In this document: in pieces, positions 13,603 to 52,422 of the stretch
Layout: each line of letters starts with the position of its first letter
Position numbering within the stretch: position 1 is the first letter of the stretch
Assembly: GCA_012295275.1 (NCBI GenBank)
Contig: CM022668.1
Location: 1,736,001-1,800,000 of the forward strand
Reading direction: 5' to 3'
DNA length: 64,000 nucleotides
Source of the DNA: Chrysomallon squamiferum
Taxonomy: Eukaryota > Animalia > Mollusca
The notes under the pieces: model-generated
Databases searched by the model: none
The model's input: the letters and a program-made list of their open reading frames with translations, nothing else
Told to the model about the DNA's origin: nothing
Program-made: the position numbers and the translations under genes

Positions 13603-16097
13603 TAATAAAAAAAATATATATATAAAAAGAGATATAAATTTACAACTAACAATATATTTGAAATTAGATGTCCTAATAAGGTAGGCATGAGGACAAAACT
13701 AACCATATATTATTATTAAGTCTGTAAGACACAAAGTGTACATTTAATTGTACATAAGAGCAGTGTACAAAGATAAACTGTACACTAGTTGTAGAAGATG
13801 AAACTACAACTATCAGTAATCAATATTCTGTAGAGAACAGTTATTGGTCTTTAAAAATAGTAAACAATATTTGAGATCTGTTGCCATAGAAACATGACTT
13901 CTCTTCTAAGATTAGAAAGAAAATATCAGTGATGACATTTTGTGATCATAACAGACTTTCCTGTTTTCTTCTTTTTATTAAAATACATTGTCTGTGCCAA
14001 CGTGCTTTGAATATGGCTGCCTTAATTTTGCAACCTAATACAAAAATCATTTTACTCTCATCAGAGAATCATTTTAACTGCAACACTGGTATTTAGATCA
14101 ACTTGCAGCAAGCATTACTGTTCTTGATACCAGTCTGCTGCTGTTCTCATTTGGGTTATCAAAATAGCAATTCATTCACATAATAGTTTAGGACATCCAT
14201 TTTAAAAATTTATATATAGGGAGTCCTAAAAGCAAATATTATGTCAGGTCATTCAGGGGAGAAAAAAAAAAAAAAAAGATTAGTTGTGTCCATTATTTAA
14301 GAATTTATTTATTCATTAAAAAGCACTCACTAGAATTTTCTATTTGAAGCAGCTTATATGTTGGTGGGGATAGTCGGTGCCAGTGAAGACAGTTGTCCAA
14401 AGAAAAGATTAATCAATAAATTTATTTTTAACAAACTGTTATATAATATATATAAAATTACCATTTTAAATGACAAACCAATCTGCAATAGTGTTTTCCT
14501 CTATCACCTGTTTTGCAAGCTGAGTAGCTGCTTTTAAATTAGTTGGCAGTGTTGTGTGAGACTGTTGTCTTTGTCAGTGTATGATTGTTAAACTGTATTT
14601 CTGTTTAAGAAATAAAGATTTAGGTTTCAGTATGCTGCAGAATGCTTTGATATTTTTAAATTTAATAGCTCAATTTGTATTTACATTTAATACTTCTCTC
14701 ATTACAATAAAATATAAAATATTGATAATTACAGTTTGAAATATTTTTAAGACACAAAAACTAGAAATGAAATGTTTTTGCATCTGCAAAATGCTTTCTG
14801 AATGTTTTCATAATCTAGTGAGACCCAGATTTTTACTTTACATTTGTTTTCACTAACTTTATTCACATGAAAAATAGAGAAAGATGAAGCATTCTGTAGT
14901 AGTTGATTTAAATTACTGACACTTCATACAGATAAAAAAGTGTAGTATTCTTTGATGTGATCATTTATATACATTCAAAAACATAACCAGCAAAAATGAA
15001 TAAAAGTAGACTGATATGTAATGTACAAATCTGAAAAATCTGGTCTCTAAGCGTGTGATGTGTGTGATTGTTTGCATGTGCATATGTAATCTTGTCTTTA
15101 TAATTTTCTTTTTTTTTGAAGTCTTGAGAGAAATTTGCTATTGCTAATTTGAATTATGATTACAACATGAAAATGCCTTCATATTAATATCTGATTTACA
15201 GCAATAAATGTTACTCTTGATTTTCATTTTATAAATACCTCTGGTATAAATTAATATCAGTATTTTCTTCTTTCTTTAAAAAAAAATAAAACAAATAATG
15301 GAAAGAGTAAGAAAAAAAAGAAAGCCAAAATAATAATTCCTTTGCATTTTTTCCAGCTTGGCTAATGAAATAAGTATGATATTAATTGCTGTTGGTTTTG
15401 AAGATTTTTAATGCTTGTCTTTAAAAGGTGTTTTTCTTTCGTTATCTGTTTTTTGTTTTTTGTTGGGTTTTTTGTCTGCAATAGGTATCATTTTTGTCAT
15501 GATTTTTTCTTAATGGTTTAATTATAAATGATCATATTTTGTAAAAAATAAATTTTTGTCTTATATATATGCCTGTATTAGTGCCATTACTGGTGATAAA
15601 AATTGATTAATATGCAATTTTTAAATATTTTTTTTTAAACTAATTATAAATTCAGAGGCAATTCCTTTTACAACAGAACTGTGGTATCTGACAATTATTC
15701 CTGAGAATATTTTCTCATGGATGTCTTTACAGTTGTTGTGTGTTTACACAGCAGAGTGTTTACACTCGGATGTTTTGTAGTGGCTTTTTTCACAAAATGT
15801 TACCATTGCAATATCCCAGCTGGGTCTGGCTAGAAACACATGTTGACATGTGTTACTTCAGACTCAGTCAGTGTGACTGCTTCAAGCTCACAGTATGTTT
15901 TGCTGTGAGGCATAAAGCTTCTTTCAGACAAGGCAAGGTGGGAAACTCTTTACGATATTAATACAGCAATCTGTGATGTTATATAAAAACTAGCCTATTT
16001 CAGTTATGCAATTTTTGTACATTTCTGCTACATATTTTTTTGACATTATATTTCCCCTTATAATTTGTATATAAAATGAGTATGGACACACTTCTAC

Positions 16098-16120
16098 AAA
16101 TAAACATAAAATAAAATAAA
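16098..16120 (+). terminator. Probable distal polyadenylation signal cluster of the supervillin 3' UTR
   Basis: Clustered AATAAA (aataaacataaaataaaataaa) followed by GT/T-rich sequence (ctgtgttgtg...tttctgtttttg). Other AATAAA sites occur upstream, so the actual site is not certain. Confidence 0.4.
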
Positions 16121-16192
16121 TATACTATATAATCTATTTATATCTGTGTTGTGAATTTCTGTTTTTGTTATTTTCTGTACTTGATAATGATA

Positions 16193-16223
<31 letters not shown>

Positions 16224-17149
16224 GAGAGAGAAAGAGACAACAAAGATGCACACTACATACCTGTGCCTCTGCCTATACACACAACATATATGTACATACA
16301 GAATTCTGAATGTTTTGTTATAGGAAGATTAGGTCAGGTAACCTTTAAATCATGTTCTAAAATAATTATTTTAATACACTAGCTTTTAGGGTTGCCACTC
16401 CTTTCAGTAGCAAATTACACTGAAAACAGAAACATAAAGTGACTTGAATTATGCAGGGGTGCAGCAGTTAAAAGCACTGGTAGAGAATGGAATAATATTA
16501 GTATCGAATAATTAATGTACCTTTCTTTTATTTCTATTATTTCTTCAAAGCATTATATGTAAACTGAACAGCAAACTACATGTTCATTTAGTTTTTTGGA
16601 CTCTACAATATTGCTGACTCAGTGTATTTTGATAAATTAATACTGATAAAATACAGATAGAAATATAAAATATATGTTAAATATGTATTGACAAAAATTT
16701 CAACAATGTTCATGAAACAATTTAATATGAAAATTGGTACACACACATGTAAGATGAACATAAATGAAGTGAATTGTTAAACATCACAAACTATTACTTC
16801 ATGCAAGAAAAAGTTTTATGTGGTAACAAAAATATTAAAATTACTTCTTTGAAAATACAGGTACAAAATATACAATAGGAATAAACAAGAATGTTTTTGC
16901 AATAATACAATGAAGTGTCAAATTCAGCTGTAATTGTGAATCATGGGTTAAAAACAACAGTAAAAGGTTATAAATGTAAATTAGTGCATGGTTAATAATC
17001 CATGTAGATATATGAATGAATGGACAAAAAGCAATGTGGACAATACCATCCAGTTTAAAATAACTTAGTGAACAGTATCCAGTTTTAAAATTATATACAT
17101 GCAAAGTTCTGTCTGGTTTAACACTGTGGTAAATAATGACCAGTTTAAC

Positions 17150-17372
17150 GTTGTGTGATTAGTACTGTCCTGCTTAACCCTAAGTGTGTGAACAGTACTG
17201 TCCTGCATAACACTAAATGTGTGAACAGTACTGTCCTGTTTAACACTAAGTGTGTGAACAGTACTGTTCTGCTTAACACTAAGTGTGTGAACAGTACTGT
17301 CCTGTTTAACACTAAGTGTGTGAACAGTACTGTCCTGTTTAACATTAAGTGTGTGAACAGTACTGTCCTGCA
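17150..17372. repeat. 33-bp tandem repeat (about 6.5 copies) overlapping the stop codon of the minus-strand orphan gene
   Basis: Unit aacagtactgtcctgtttaacactaagtgtgtg. On the minus strand the first copy encodes ...GQYCSHT-stop. Confidence 0.92.
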
Positions 17373-18242
17373 TGGGCCACTCTTTCTGCCTGAGCTGGTT
17401 CTAGCACTTCAGCCGCGTGTTCAGATCTCCACTCATTGAACCTGTCAACTCCAAGCTCATCATGAAGTTTCTTTAACTTCTCCTGAGACTTTGACACTTC
17501 TTTATCCATCCTGAATTAGCAAAATAATTTTCATTAGCAGAGGTAATGATAACTTTATATATCACTTTCTATATATATATATATATATAATGGCGAGAAA
17601 ATTATTCTGGTTTACAATTTTATAAATTTAAAAATGTATAATTCATCATAATGATAACTATATCAAATAAATACTTACAAATATGTAGGAAGAATCAAAT
17701 GATTAGTCTCGTTTACAATTTTATTTACCACATTCTAGTATAAAAATTTATTTAGCTCAACTTTTCAAACAATATATGTATACTTCAAGTACCATCTGAC
17801 TAGTGATACTAGGAAATACTAGAAAGTATTCTGGTTTGACATATTTTTTCTTTAACCACCTAAAATAAATTTCCATTTTATAGCCACTTTTAGAATATAT
17901 GCTAACTACAAATATTCTGCTTTTGGGAAAGTAGTTAAATTATAGAAGCAAAAGGAAATGTAGAGGTTGGAACATTGTGCAGTTTTTCTATTCAGCAAAA
18001 TATTTATTTTTAAACTAGTTTTGTTAATGACCTTCTGCTCTCAGACAAAGCTCTGGTAAAGAAATCTGATGTTCTGGCATCATTTATGTCTTCTGTGGCA
18101 TCTAATTTTCCATCTTTCTGAAAATATATACACTAAATAAAATAATAAACACTTATTTGTATTATTTATATAGGTTGGTTACTGTTAATGGTAATTATTA
18201 AATAATTTATTTTGTACTTTTACATTTTTAGGAAAAAAGATA

Positions 18243-18273
<31 letters not shown>

Positions 18274-18711
18274 ACTGAACAGATATAATATATTCAAATG
18301 CTGTTTTTTGCTACATAATTCAGGAACATATTTTATAGTTGTGAAAAAAGAAGAAGAAAAAAGTATGAATTACATGAATGTATATATCAAAGAAAAAATA
18401 GAAGTAGATATATACTATAATAATAAAAGTAATAACATTATTTTGTGATCTGATTTGAATGATTATAATCAGAACATGCTATCGTGAATATTTCATGTCA
18501 TTATAATGTTATTATGATGGTAACAGAACGTAGCAACACATGAAATGCATTTCTTAAATTTATATAAAATCCATTTTCAAATAATGTTTTTCAAATAGAC
18601 CTTTTGTTGAGTGTACTGTTCTGTTATAAAATCTTCTAAAGATTTGGATTTTTCACAGACCTCTTCATTTTCTTTCCCTTTGTTTACATTTTTGCTTGTT
18701 TTGTCCGCCAT
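17345..18711 (-). CDS. Uncharacterised 120-aa charged, probably helical protein; 3 exons
   Basis: Exons 18711-18601 (ATG; phase 0 donor AAG|GTC), 18117-18032 (ttttcag acceptor; phase 2) and 17510-17345 (ttcag acceptor; TAA). They join in frame to give MADKTSKNVNKGKENEEVCEKSKSLEDFITEQYTQQKKDGKLDATEDINDARTSDFFTRALSESRRMDKEVSKSQEKLKKLHDELGVDRFNEWRSEHAAEVLEPAQAERVAHAGQYCSHT. Each exon is a GC-richer island in AT-rich DNA. Confidence 0.8.
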
Positions 18712-18957
18712 AGTTAAGCAACTTAAATCGAGGCTTAAATCGTTCACTGGTATACGTCACTTATTGCGCTTCGTTTCCTTAATGATAGTGAATTACCGAC
18801 ATGTCACATAGGATATCAGTATATTCCTGTTATATTCACCTGGTTGTCAGTGACAACGAAAGAAGCAGGTGCCCGTGTCTGAAAAAGAAAAGCGCCGTGT
18901 AATAAGGATTAATCCCTGATTAAACAGTTTCTATTGTTAAGAGATTATTAATAAACA
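18712..18957. promoter_or_regulatory. Bidirectional promoter with RFX X-box-like palindrome GTTGTCAGTGACAAC (18843-18857)
   Basis: 246 bp between divergent ATGs, locally CpG-richer. The perfect inverted repeat GTTGTCA-G-TGACAAC resembles the X-box GTTGCCATGGCAAC found at ciliary genes. Confidence 0.65.
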
Positions 18958-37327
<18,370 letters not shown>

Positions 37328-40109
37328 AACTGCCATTTTTCTCTCTCTCTGTCTCTACCCCATCTCTCTCTCTGTCTCTCACTTTATTTTCTGCATGCTC
37401 ATAAATACACACAAAAAACAAAAAGTGTTATCAGTTTTCAATCACTTTTTATATTTATATTACATTGTGCATATACAAAAATCAACTACAACAAATTTTA
37501 ATAATATGTTTGTGGGTGTGTGTGTTTGTGTGTGTGTGTGTACACAGATATATATATATATACATACATACATAAATACATACACACACACACAAAAAAA
37601 GAAAATAAGTGCTATTCAAATTAATATTAAAAAGAATGTTTTTGTAAAAACAGGATGAAAGTAAGTGTAATGGACTGTTTAGTTATTTTTTTGTTTATCT
37701 TTTAAACTTAGTAAATTGTACTAGAATGATACTAGAAGATATCATTTATGTTCAGATGAAATTCTGAAAGTGTAATTAATGGATATAGATTGTTAAGATA
37801 AGTTTTATAAAATTTATTTTAAAATAATAATGATAATAAAAGTATTAATATCATTAATATAAAAGTTTACTGTATTTTTCTAATTTAGGTGCATATGTAA
37901 TTTCATGATATGTCAACAAATGTTATTTTTTTATATACGATCTATATTGTTATTTCTGAAATAAATGAAACAGATCTGAAGAAAATTAGTCAAATAAATT
38001 TATATATTATATATTTATAAAACAACTTTATTTGTATTTTTAAATTTAATTTAGTTTTAACAAACTTCAGATTTACATTTATTTCTATTGTTTTGTAATT
38101 TCTTTCTGTTTTGTTGTAATGCATTCAGTTTCTGGAATCAGGGTGGTGGCCATGCTTTTCATGGGGTGTGTCTGTGAAAACAGCAAATGTTGATTGAAGC
38201 CATAAAATAAATTTTTAAAATGTGCTAATTTAATATTTTTCTGTCCAGTCTATCATACACGTTTAGATTCAGCTAATAACAATCCTGACTACAATAGTTC
38301 TCCATTTTTTTAACATCCTCCTAATTCTTATACATCTGATGATGAATTATAATTTTTGTTCTTCAAAGATCAATTGAAAAAATAAAATAAAAAAATAAAT
38401 GTTGTTAAATCTAAATGAAATGTCACTATATACAATTTATTATATTTTATCATGAGATTTCCCCACTCAAAAATATGGTGCATATTTTACTAGCTATTAC
38501 AATATTTTAGTTTTGAAGCATACTACAAAGATACACAAAAATATTAATTAAAATTTTACACTTTTGTATTGTCTTACTTTCAGGAAATAATCATTGTTAT
38601 TTCTGTGTTTTTAATGTTAACGAACATTTGTTAATACTTTTCTAATGTTTTATACTAAGGCTATTTTATTTCTTAAAATAAAAATGTAAATTTTTCTGAT
38701 TTAAAAATACTTTAATCGGTTATGAACTATAGCTTGTTTCAGTAAATTTATATTTTGATCTTAAATAAATTAAATTTTCTTTCGTAAAATACATATTTAG
38801 AACATAAGTAGATGAGAGATGGCAAACTGTATTTTTTCTTTAAAATCAATTATAGTTACTATATCAATGTTAATGCAGAAGTCAGAAAAATAATATTATT
38901 TGTCAGTGACTTAAAAACAACCTTGAGAAAAGTAGTAAAAAATGTTTTTAAAAATTAAAAATAAATAAAGTAAAAGAACTAAATAAAAATAATAAAAATA
39001 ATTATTTTAGTATTTTGCATTGGAACTTTCTAATTTAATTATTGTCTCTCTTCTTAAGACTTTAAAAAAAAAAGGGGAATAAAATACATATGTGATAACT
39101 ACAGCAATTTAAAATCAAATTTATTTATTATACATTACAATAAATGTGATACTGTTTGTGATATTGTATAATTTAATTTTATTGCATTTGTTTTATTGCA
39201 ACATATAATTATAATGAATATAACCTTTTTGTGCTAGATATAACATTTATATATATATATTTTTTTATAGTTAAATATTAAACTATTTAGCTATTAAATG
39301 TGTTTGTATATTATTTAATGTGCATGAACACATTTGTTTGTTAGTTTGCGTGTGCATGTTTACTTACATAAACATACTGTTCATGAAAAAAAGACATTGG
39401 TAAACTTTAGTAAGAATTTACAAATGCCAAAATTCTTCCCCACAGTAAATTAACTGTGCAAACATTACAACTGATTCTTCAGTATTGCAGTAGGTTTCAT
39501 GACCACCTAAAGGTCAGAAGTAAAAGTTGAAAGCTGACAGGGTTTTTAGTTTTGTATCTCAGTATTGGGTTACACCCCTGCTGTGTGTAAGACACTGGTT
39601 CAGGTAAACTGTGTGAGTGTCACAAAGGCTATCTGGGGAAGTCTCCTCAACTTCTCTTGCAGTGTCTGAATAAGTTCCAGTAAAGTAGTTTACAGTTTTG
39701 ATATGAACACACACATTTCTGTATAATGTTCCAGGTACTTCAGTGAGGGAATGGTCTGCAATATTTGCAACTTTTGTCAAATACTTTTCTGTTGGAGGTG
39801 GGCATTGAAATTTTGTGCAAATATATAGAAGACACATATGTAAAAACAAGAAACAAACATGGTACACAAAACACTCCACTAGTCCATCTCTCATCAGTGA
39901 AAATACAGAACACATAATCAGGAATCATGCAAAACAAACAACAACAAGTGCACAATACAAGAGAAAAAACCACATAAACAATAATTAGAAACATATAGAA
40001 ATCATACATACATACATACATACACACATATATATACACACACACATAAATACATACATACATGCATACATGCATACAGCACCATTACCAACCCCCCAAA
40101 AAGAAAATG

Positions 40110-40646
40110 TAGAAGAGAATGTATAGTCAAAGGGGCATAACTCCAATTTAAGTAAACTACAGTTTATATAAGAATCATCATCATCATCAGAAGCACTTCC
40201 AGCACAAACAGAAATATTAGAAAATAATATTTAAATAAATAAAAAATAAATAAATAAAATAAATAAAATAAAATAAAATAGAATAAAAATTTTTTTAGAG
40301 GAGAATCTATGGTCCAAGGGGATAACTCCATTTTAAGGTAAACCCAGTTAATATTAATAAAAATATATAAAAAAAAAAAAAAAAAAAAAAAAAATTAGAA
40401 GAGAATGTACGGTCAAAGGGGGATAACTCCTTTTAAGTAAACTACAGTTTATATATATATATATATATATATACAAAATCATCATCAGAAGCACTTCCAG
40501 AACAAACAGTAATATTAGAAAATAATATTTAAATCAGTAAAAAAAATAATTAAAATAAAATAAAAATAATAATAAAATAGAATAAAACAAAATTTTGACG
40601 AGAATCTATGGTCCAAGGGGGATAACTCCATTTTAAGGTAAACCAG

Positions 40647-40693
<47 letters not shown>

Positions 40694-40805
40694 CTACATC
40701 ATCAGAAATAGCACTAACAGCATAATAATAATAATAATAATAATAATAAAACAATATTAATAAAAAAATAAAAAAAACAAACAATTAAATTTAGAAGAGA
40801 ATGTA
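40110..40805. repeat. Local duplication (about 290-bp unit x2) containing four gagaat(g/c)ta...gtc(a/c)aagggg(c/g)ataactcc motifs
   Basis: Motif copies at about 40115, 40300, 40400 and 40600, with a shared atcatcagaagcacttccag block. Confidence 0.7.
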
Positions 40806-41364
40806 ATAATAATAATAATAACTACAGTAATGTAAATATTTTATGTCACTTTGGTAACTGATGTCAAAAATAACCTTTAAATCAGCAGAAATAAAAAAAA
40901 AAAAATGAAAAAAAAAAAAATAAATAAATAAAATCAGTCTGTTGGTTTTTATATTTGTTTTTCGGTCTTTTTTCTTCTATATATATATATTTTTTTTTAA
41001 TCTGTTATAAATAAAATAGTAATTGAGTTCAAATTAGTTTTAAATCTAATACTAACGAAATACTTATATCGAACCTAATCCTAGGTTTTTTTTATCTGGT
41101 CTGGTTCTAATCGAGACCTTTTAACCTCTCCCTTATTTTAAGATTTTTATGCATGTTGTTTACGATGATAGGAGTTGAAAACGTATACCAAATTAATATC
41201 CAGAGATAATTCTCAGAGCACATTTTCTTTATTTTAAATCACATGGTTGATCCCATACTTGTATTTTTTAGACACTTTATTTATTTATTTATTTATTTAT
41301 TTATTTTTGTTTCTTTGGCCTTGACATAAACAACACTGCGATTATGATTTCCGCTTTTGGTTCG

Positions 41365-41547
41365 TGACGTCAGACGATCAAAATGTTGCTGATTTTAGTT
41401 TCCTCTCTGTAACAATGTTTTCCACTGTTTAAATACATTTTTGTGAAATCGACTTTGACAATGTGGTAATCGTATTTACGGCCTATCACTTAAATTTTAA
41501 TTATACTTTAAACAAAATGTAATTGCATTTAGAAGAATAAAGTTGAG
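41365..41547 (+). promoter_or_regulatory. Putative promoter (CRE TGACGTCA at 41365-41372) and non-coding first exon of the GON-domain gene
   Basis: Perfect CRE palindrome in a CpG-richer patch and a strong donor GAG|GTAAGC at 41547. The acceptor ttattatag at 43351 precedes the ATG at 43369. Confidence 0.5.
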
Positions 41548-41643
41548 GTAAGCCTTATTTAATTCATTTTCTCCTATTATTTCTTACCTTTTTACATTTA
41601 TATTTGTTTGTGTTTGAATTCTTAAGGAATAATTATAGTTAGT

Positions 41644-41688
<45 letters not shown>

Positions 41689-41789
41689 TGCTGTTTTATA
41701 TATAATCATAATTAATTGCATTATTAGTAGTATTTAATTCATTTTCTCCTATTATTTCTTACCTTTTTATCGTAGCAATTGTAATAGTA

Positions 41790-41838
<49 letters not shown>

Positions 41839-42209
41839 TATGTGTTTTTATGTGTGTGTGTGTGTGTTATTGTTGTTTATCTCATTATCGATTTATGGTT
41901 TTTTATTTCATTTGTTTGTTATTTTGTTGTTGTTAAGTAATTTATATCTGCTATTTTATCGTTTCTTTTTTTAAAAACTAGAAATGTAATCGTCCTTAAA
42001 TTATTATGAATAAGTTTTATGACGTTGATAAAAAAGTTTCATATGTATGTATATGTATAATATTATTATTATTATATTTATAACATTTATACAAATGCAT
42101 CATTTGAAAGGATAAACACCGGCTTCTATGTTTTAGTAGTTTGTTTATATAGTTCAACTTTATGTGACAGACATTAACTAAATCAGTTAAGTTCATATAC
42201 CATGTTTCA

Positions 42210-43145
42210 GAAGAGAACAGTGAGGAAGGAGAAACTGATTTTATCTTGACAAACAAGAGGAACATAGACACACAACAGTGAAAGTGACCACAGACTCGTA
42301 ATTAGAAAAATCAAACCGAGCAAAGGTGTGAACAATGACAAATATAATGAAGAGGAAACTGCGGACCAGTGAGTACGTGAAGAGATCATGGAAGAACCGA
42401 TTACCACTGCGGGGAGTCTGAATAAAGCTAGAACAGCGCATGACAGACTGATAAACTGCTAGACTGCAGCACAGAATCTGCTGAATTTCTACCCAGAGTT
42501 ACAACATTTTCATAACTCACACCATCCTGAAAAACATACCTGATATGATGCCACTGGAGGTAGAAGAGATATACAAAATGGCACGACTAGAAAAAAGTAT
42601 CCATTAAAATGAGAAGAGATATGAAGTTGAGATGTAACCAATGATTATCGGAGAGACTAATTCCCACCGCGTGCACGAATGCAAAGACAGTGATTATATG
42701 AAGAAAGTAAATACGAAAGATCTAAAGAACCACAGACCCAATTGCTTACTTTCCATCATATACAAGCTGCTAACAAAAGTACAAAAAAAAGACAACACAA
42801 GACATTCAACGATAACCAGCCTAAGAGATCAACGGGATTCACACATCCCACTCTGCATGGCTTTGGTCGACCTTCAGAAGGCTTTTGACTCTGTACAAAT
42901 TCAGCATTACTTTCCTCGCTCCAGAACAGGGGTAGATGATGATGTACATCGGACTCCTGTCTACATCAGCACCTCGAACTCGGTTCACCTTGAAAAAGAA
43001 CGCAAATAAACACAGGCGTTCGACAGGAAGAATCTATTTGAACCGAGCTGTTTACGTCAGTATCCGAGAACATACTTATTTCAAAACCTTATCTGAGAAG
43101 ACTGAGAATATATCAGTGAAGCTGGCTTCCCCGATGACGTACTCC
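42210..43145 (+). mobile_element. Decayed non-LTR retrotransposon (LINE, probably RTE-like) fragment
   Basis: Frameshifted remnants of an APE endonuclease C-terminus (ETDFILTNKR...SDHRLV) and of reverse transcriptase (NHRPNCLLSIIYKLLTKV; PLCMALVDLQKAFDSV). Confidence 0.85.
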
Positions 43146-43368
43146 TCTGTGTTAATGTTTTCTTTTTTTATTTAGAGGAATTTTATAACATCAATCTTCT
43201 GTTAACAAGTAATTGTTGACATTCACTGTTACTATTTCCTTCAAGTAATATTTGATCCTGATCTATAGTCTATTATTGCAGTATTAGTCTAAAATTAAAT
43301 TTAAATCTGATTAAGATCAAAATAAAATGTTAATATCTGTTTTTATTATAGGTTTTACACAATAAAAC

Positions 43369-50922
<7,554 letters not shown>

Positions 50923-51129
50923 AGAGAAAACTACATAATTAGTGGGAAGATTTTATATTGAAAGATACTTTACTTTTCATTTCACAGCTGTGGTAAAATG
51001 ATATTTTGTAAACAGTTGTCTTGTCTTTTGAAAAAAACATTAACTGTTAGTGAATGATTCACTCTCTTCATATAGTCATCATCGGTTATACTTACTGCTC
51101 CAACATTATACTTTCAACTGACAGGTGAT

Positions 51130-51745
51130 ACGCACTGACAGTACAGGATACTACAATATTCATACTCCTTTATACGTACTGACAGTACAGGATACTACAG
51201 TATTCATACTCCTTTATACGTACTGACAGTACAGGATACTACAGTATTCATACTCCTTTATACGTACTGCTGATACATTTTACTTCCTCATGATTAATTA
51301 TATTTACTGATGATACATTTTAGTTACCTAGGATACATAAAATTTATTGATGATACATTTTACTTACCTGTGATAAATTATATTTACTGATGATACATTG
51401 TACTTACTATGATAAATTATATTTACTGATGATACATTTTAGTTACCTAGGATACATAATATTTATTGATGATACATTTTACTTACCTATGATTAATTAT
51501 ATTTACTGATGATACATTGTACTTACTATGATACATAGTATTTACTGATGATACATAGTATTTACTGATGATACATTGTTCTTAATATGATAAATTATAT
51601 TTACTGATGATACACTGTACTTACCTATGATACATAATATTTGCTGATCATACGCTATATTTACTAATGATAAAATATATTTACAGATGATACACTATAC
51701 TTATGATTATACATTTTATTTACAGATCATACACTAATTTGCTGA
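51130..51745. repeat. Two adjacent minisatellites downstream of the GON gene stop: 44-bp x3 and about 40-bp degenerate array
   Basis: tactgacagtacaggatactacagtattcatactcctttatacg x3, then tatttactgatgatacattttacttacctatgat-like units. Confidence 0.85.
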
Positions 51746-52298
51746 TGCTATGTTAAACTTACTGAATATAGTTAATTTTTATAATTAACATCATCAGAAG
51801 CCTAATTAACTGATAAAATATAACCAATATTTACACTGATATAATTAACATAAACAATATTGTCTGTGATATATTTAATATATGATAATATATGGTAACT
51901 GTGATACATGTATAAAGTAACGTGCTGTGTTTGACAAACGTTTAGAACGCTATTATTGTTAGCTGCAAGGTATTGTATTGCTGAATAATATATTTCGAGA
52001 CCATCTTTGTATTATGCAGATAAGAAAGAGATATACCTATTGTTTTTAGTGTGTCATTTTATTTTATTATTTTTTATATTTATTATTATTCTTTTTTAGT
52101 TTATTTATTTATTTATTCATGTATTGTTGTAGTTGATGTTGTTTTTGTTTCTGAAAGGGGGGGGGAAATCAGAATATCTTATACCTCTTATAAGTAGTTT
52201 TATTTTCATCTGCTGATATTTTTATATATCAGCTCCATTGTTGATTGTGAAGGGGGGGGGCACTGCAAACAAAACAAAGTAAAACGAATGAGATGATC

Positions 52299-52351
52299 GT
52301 GACGTCCACTGACCTATGACCTCTCCCCTCCATGTCCAGTCTATGACGTCA
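52299..52351 (+). promoter_or_regulatory. Putative promoter module: CRE-like GTGACGTCC, perfect DR1 TGACCTATGACCT (52310-52322), CRE TGACGTCA (52344-52351)
   Basis: Consensus motifs clustered within 55 bp, about 70-120 bp upstream of the ATG at 52423. Confidence 0.55.
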
Positions 52352-52422
52352 GATAATCGAAAAGAAGTACAACTGGTTTCATTTTTGGTAATACTGCTTA
52401 TTTTGTGCTCAGTTGTTAAAAG

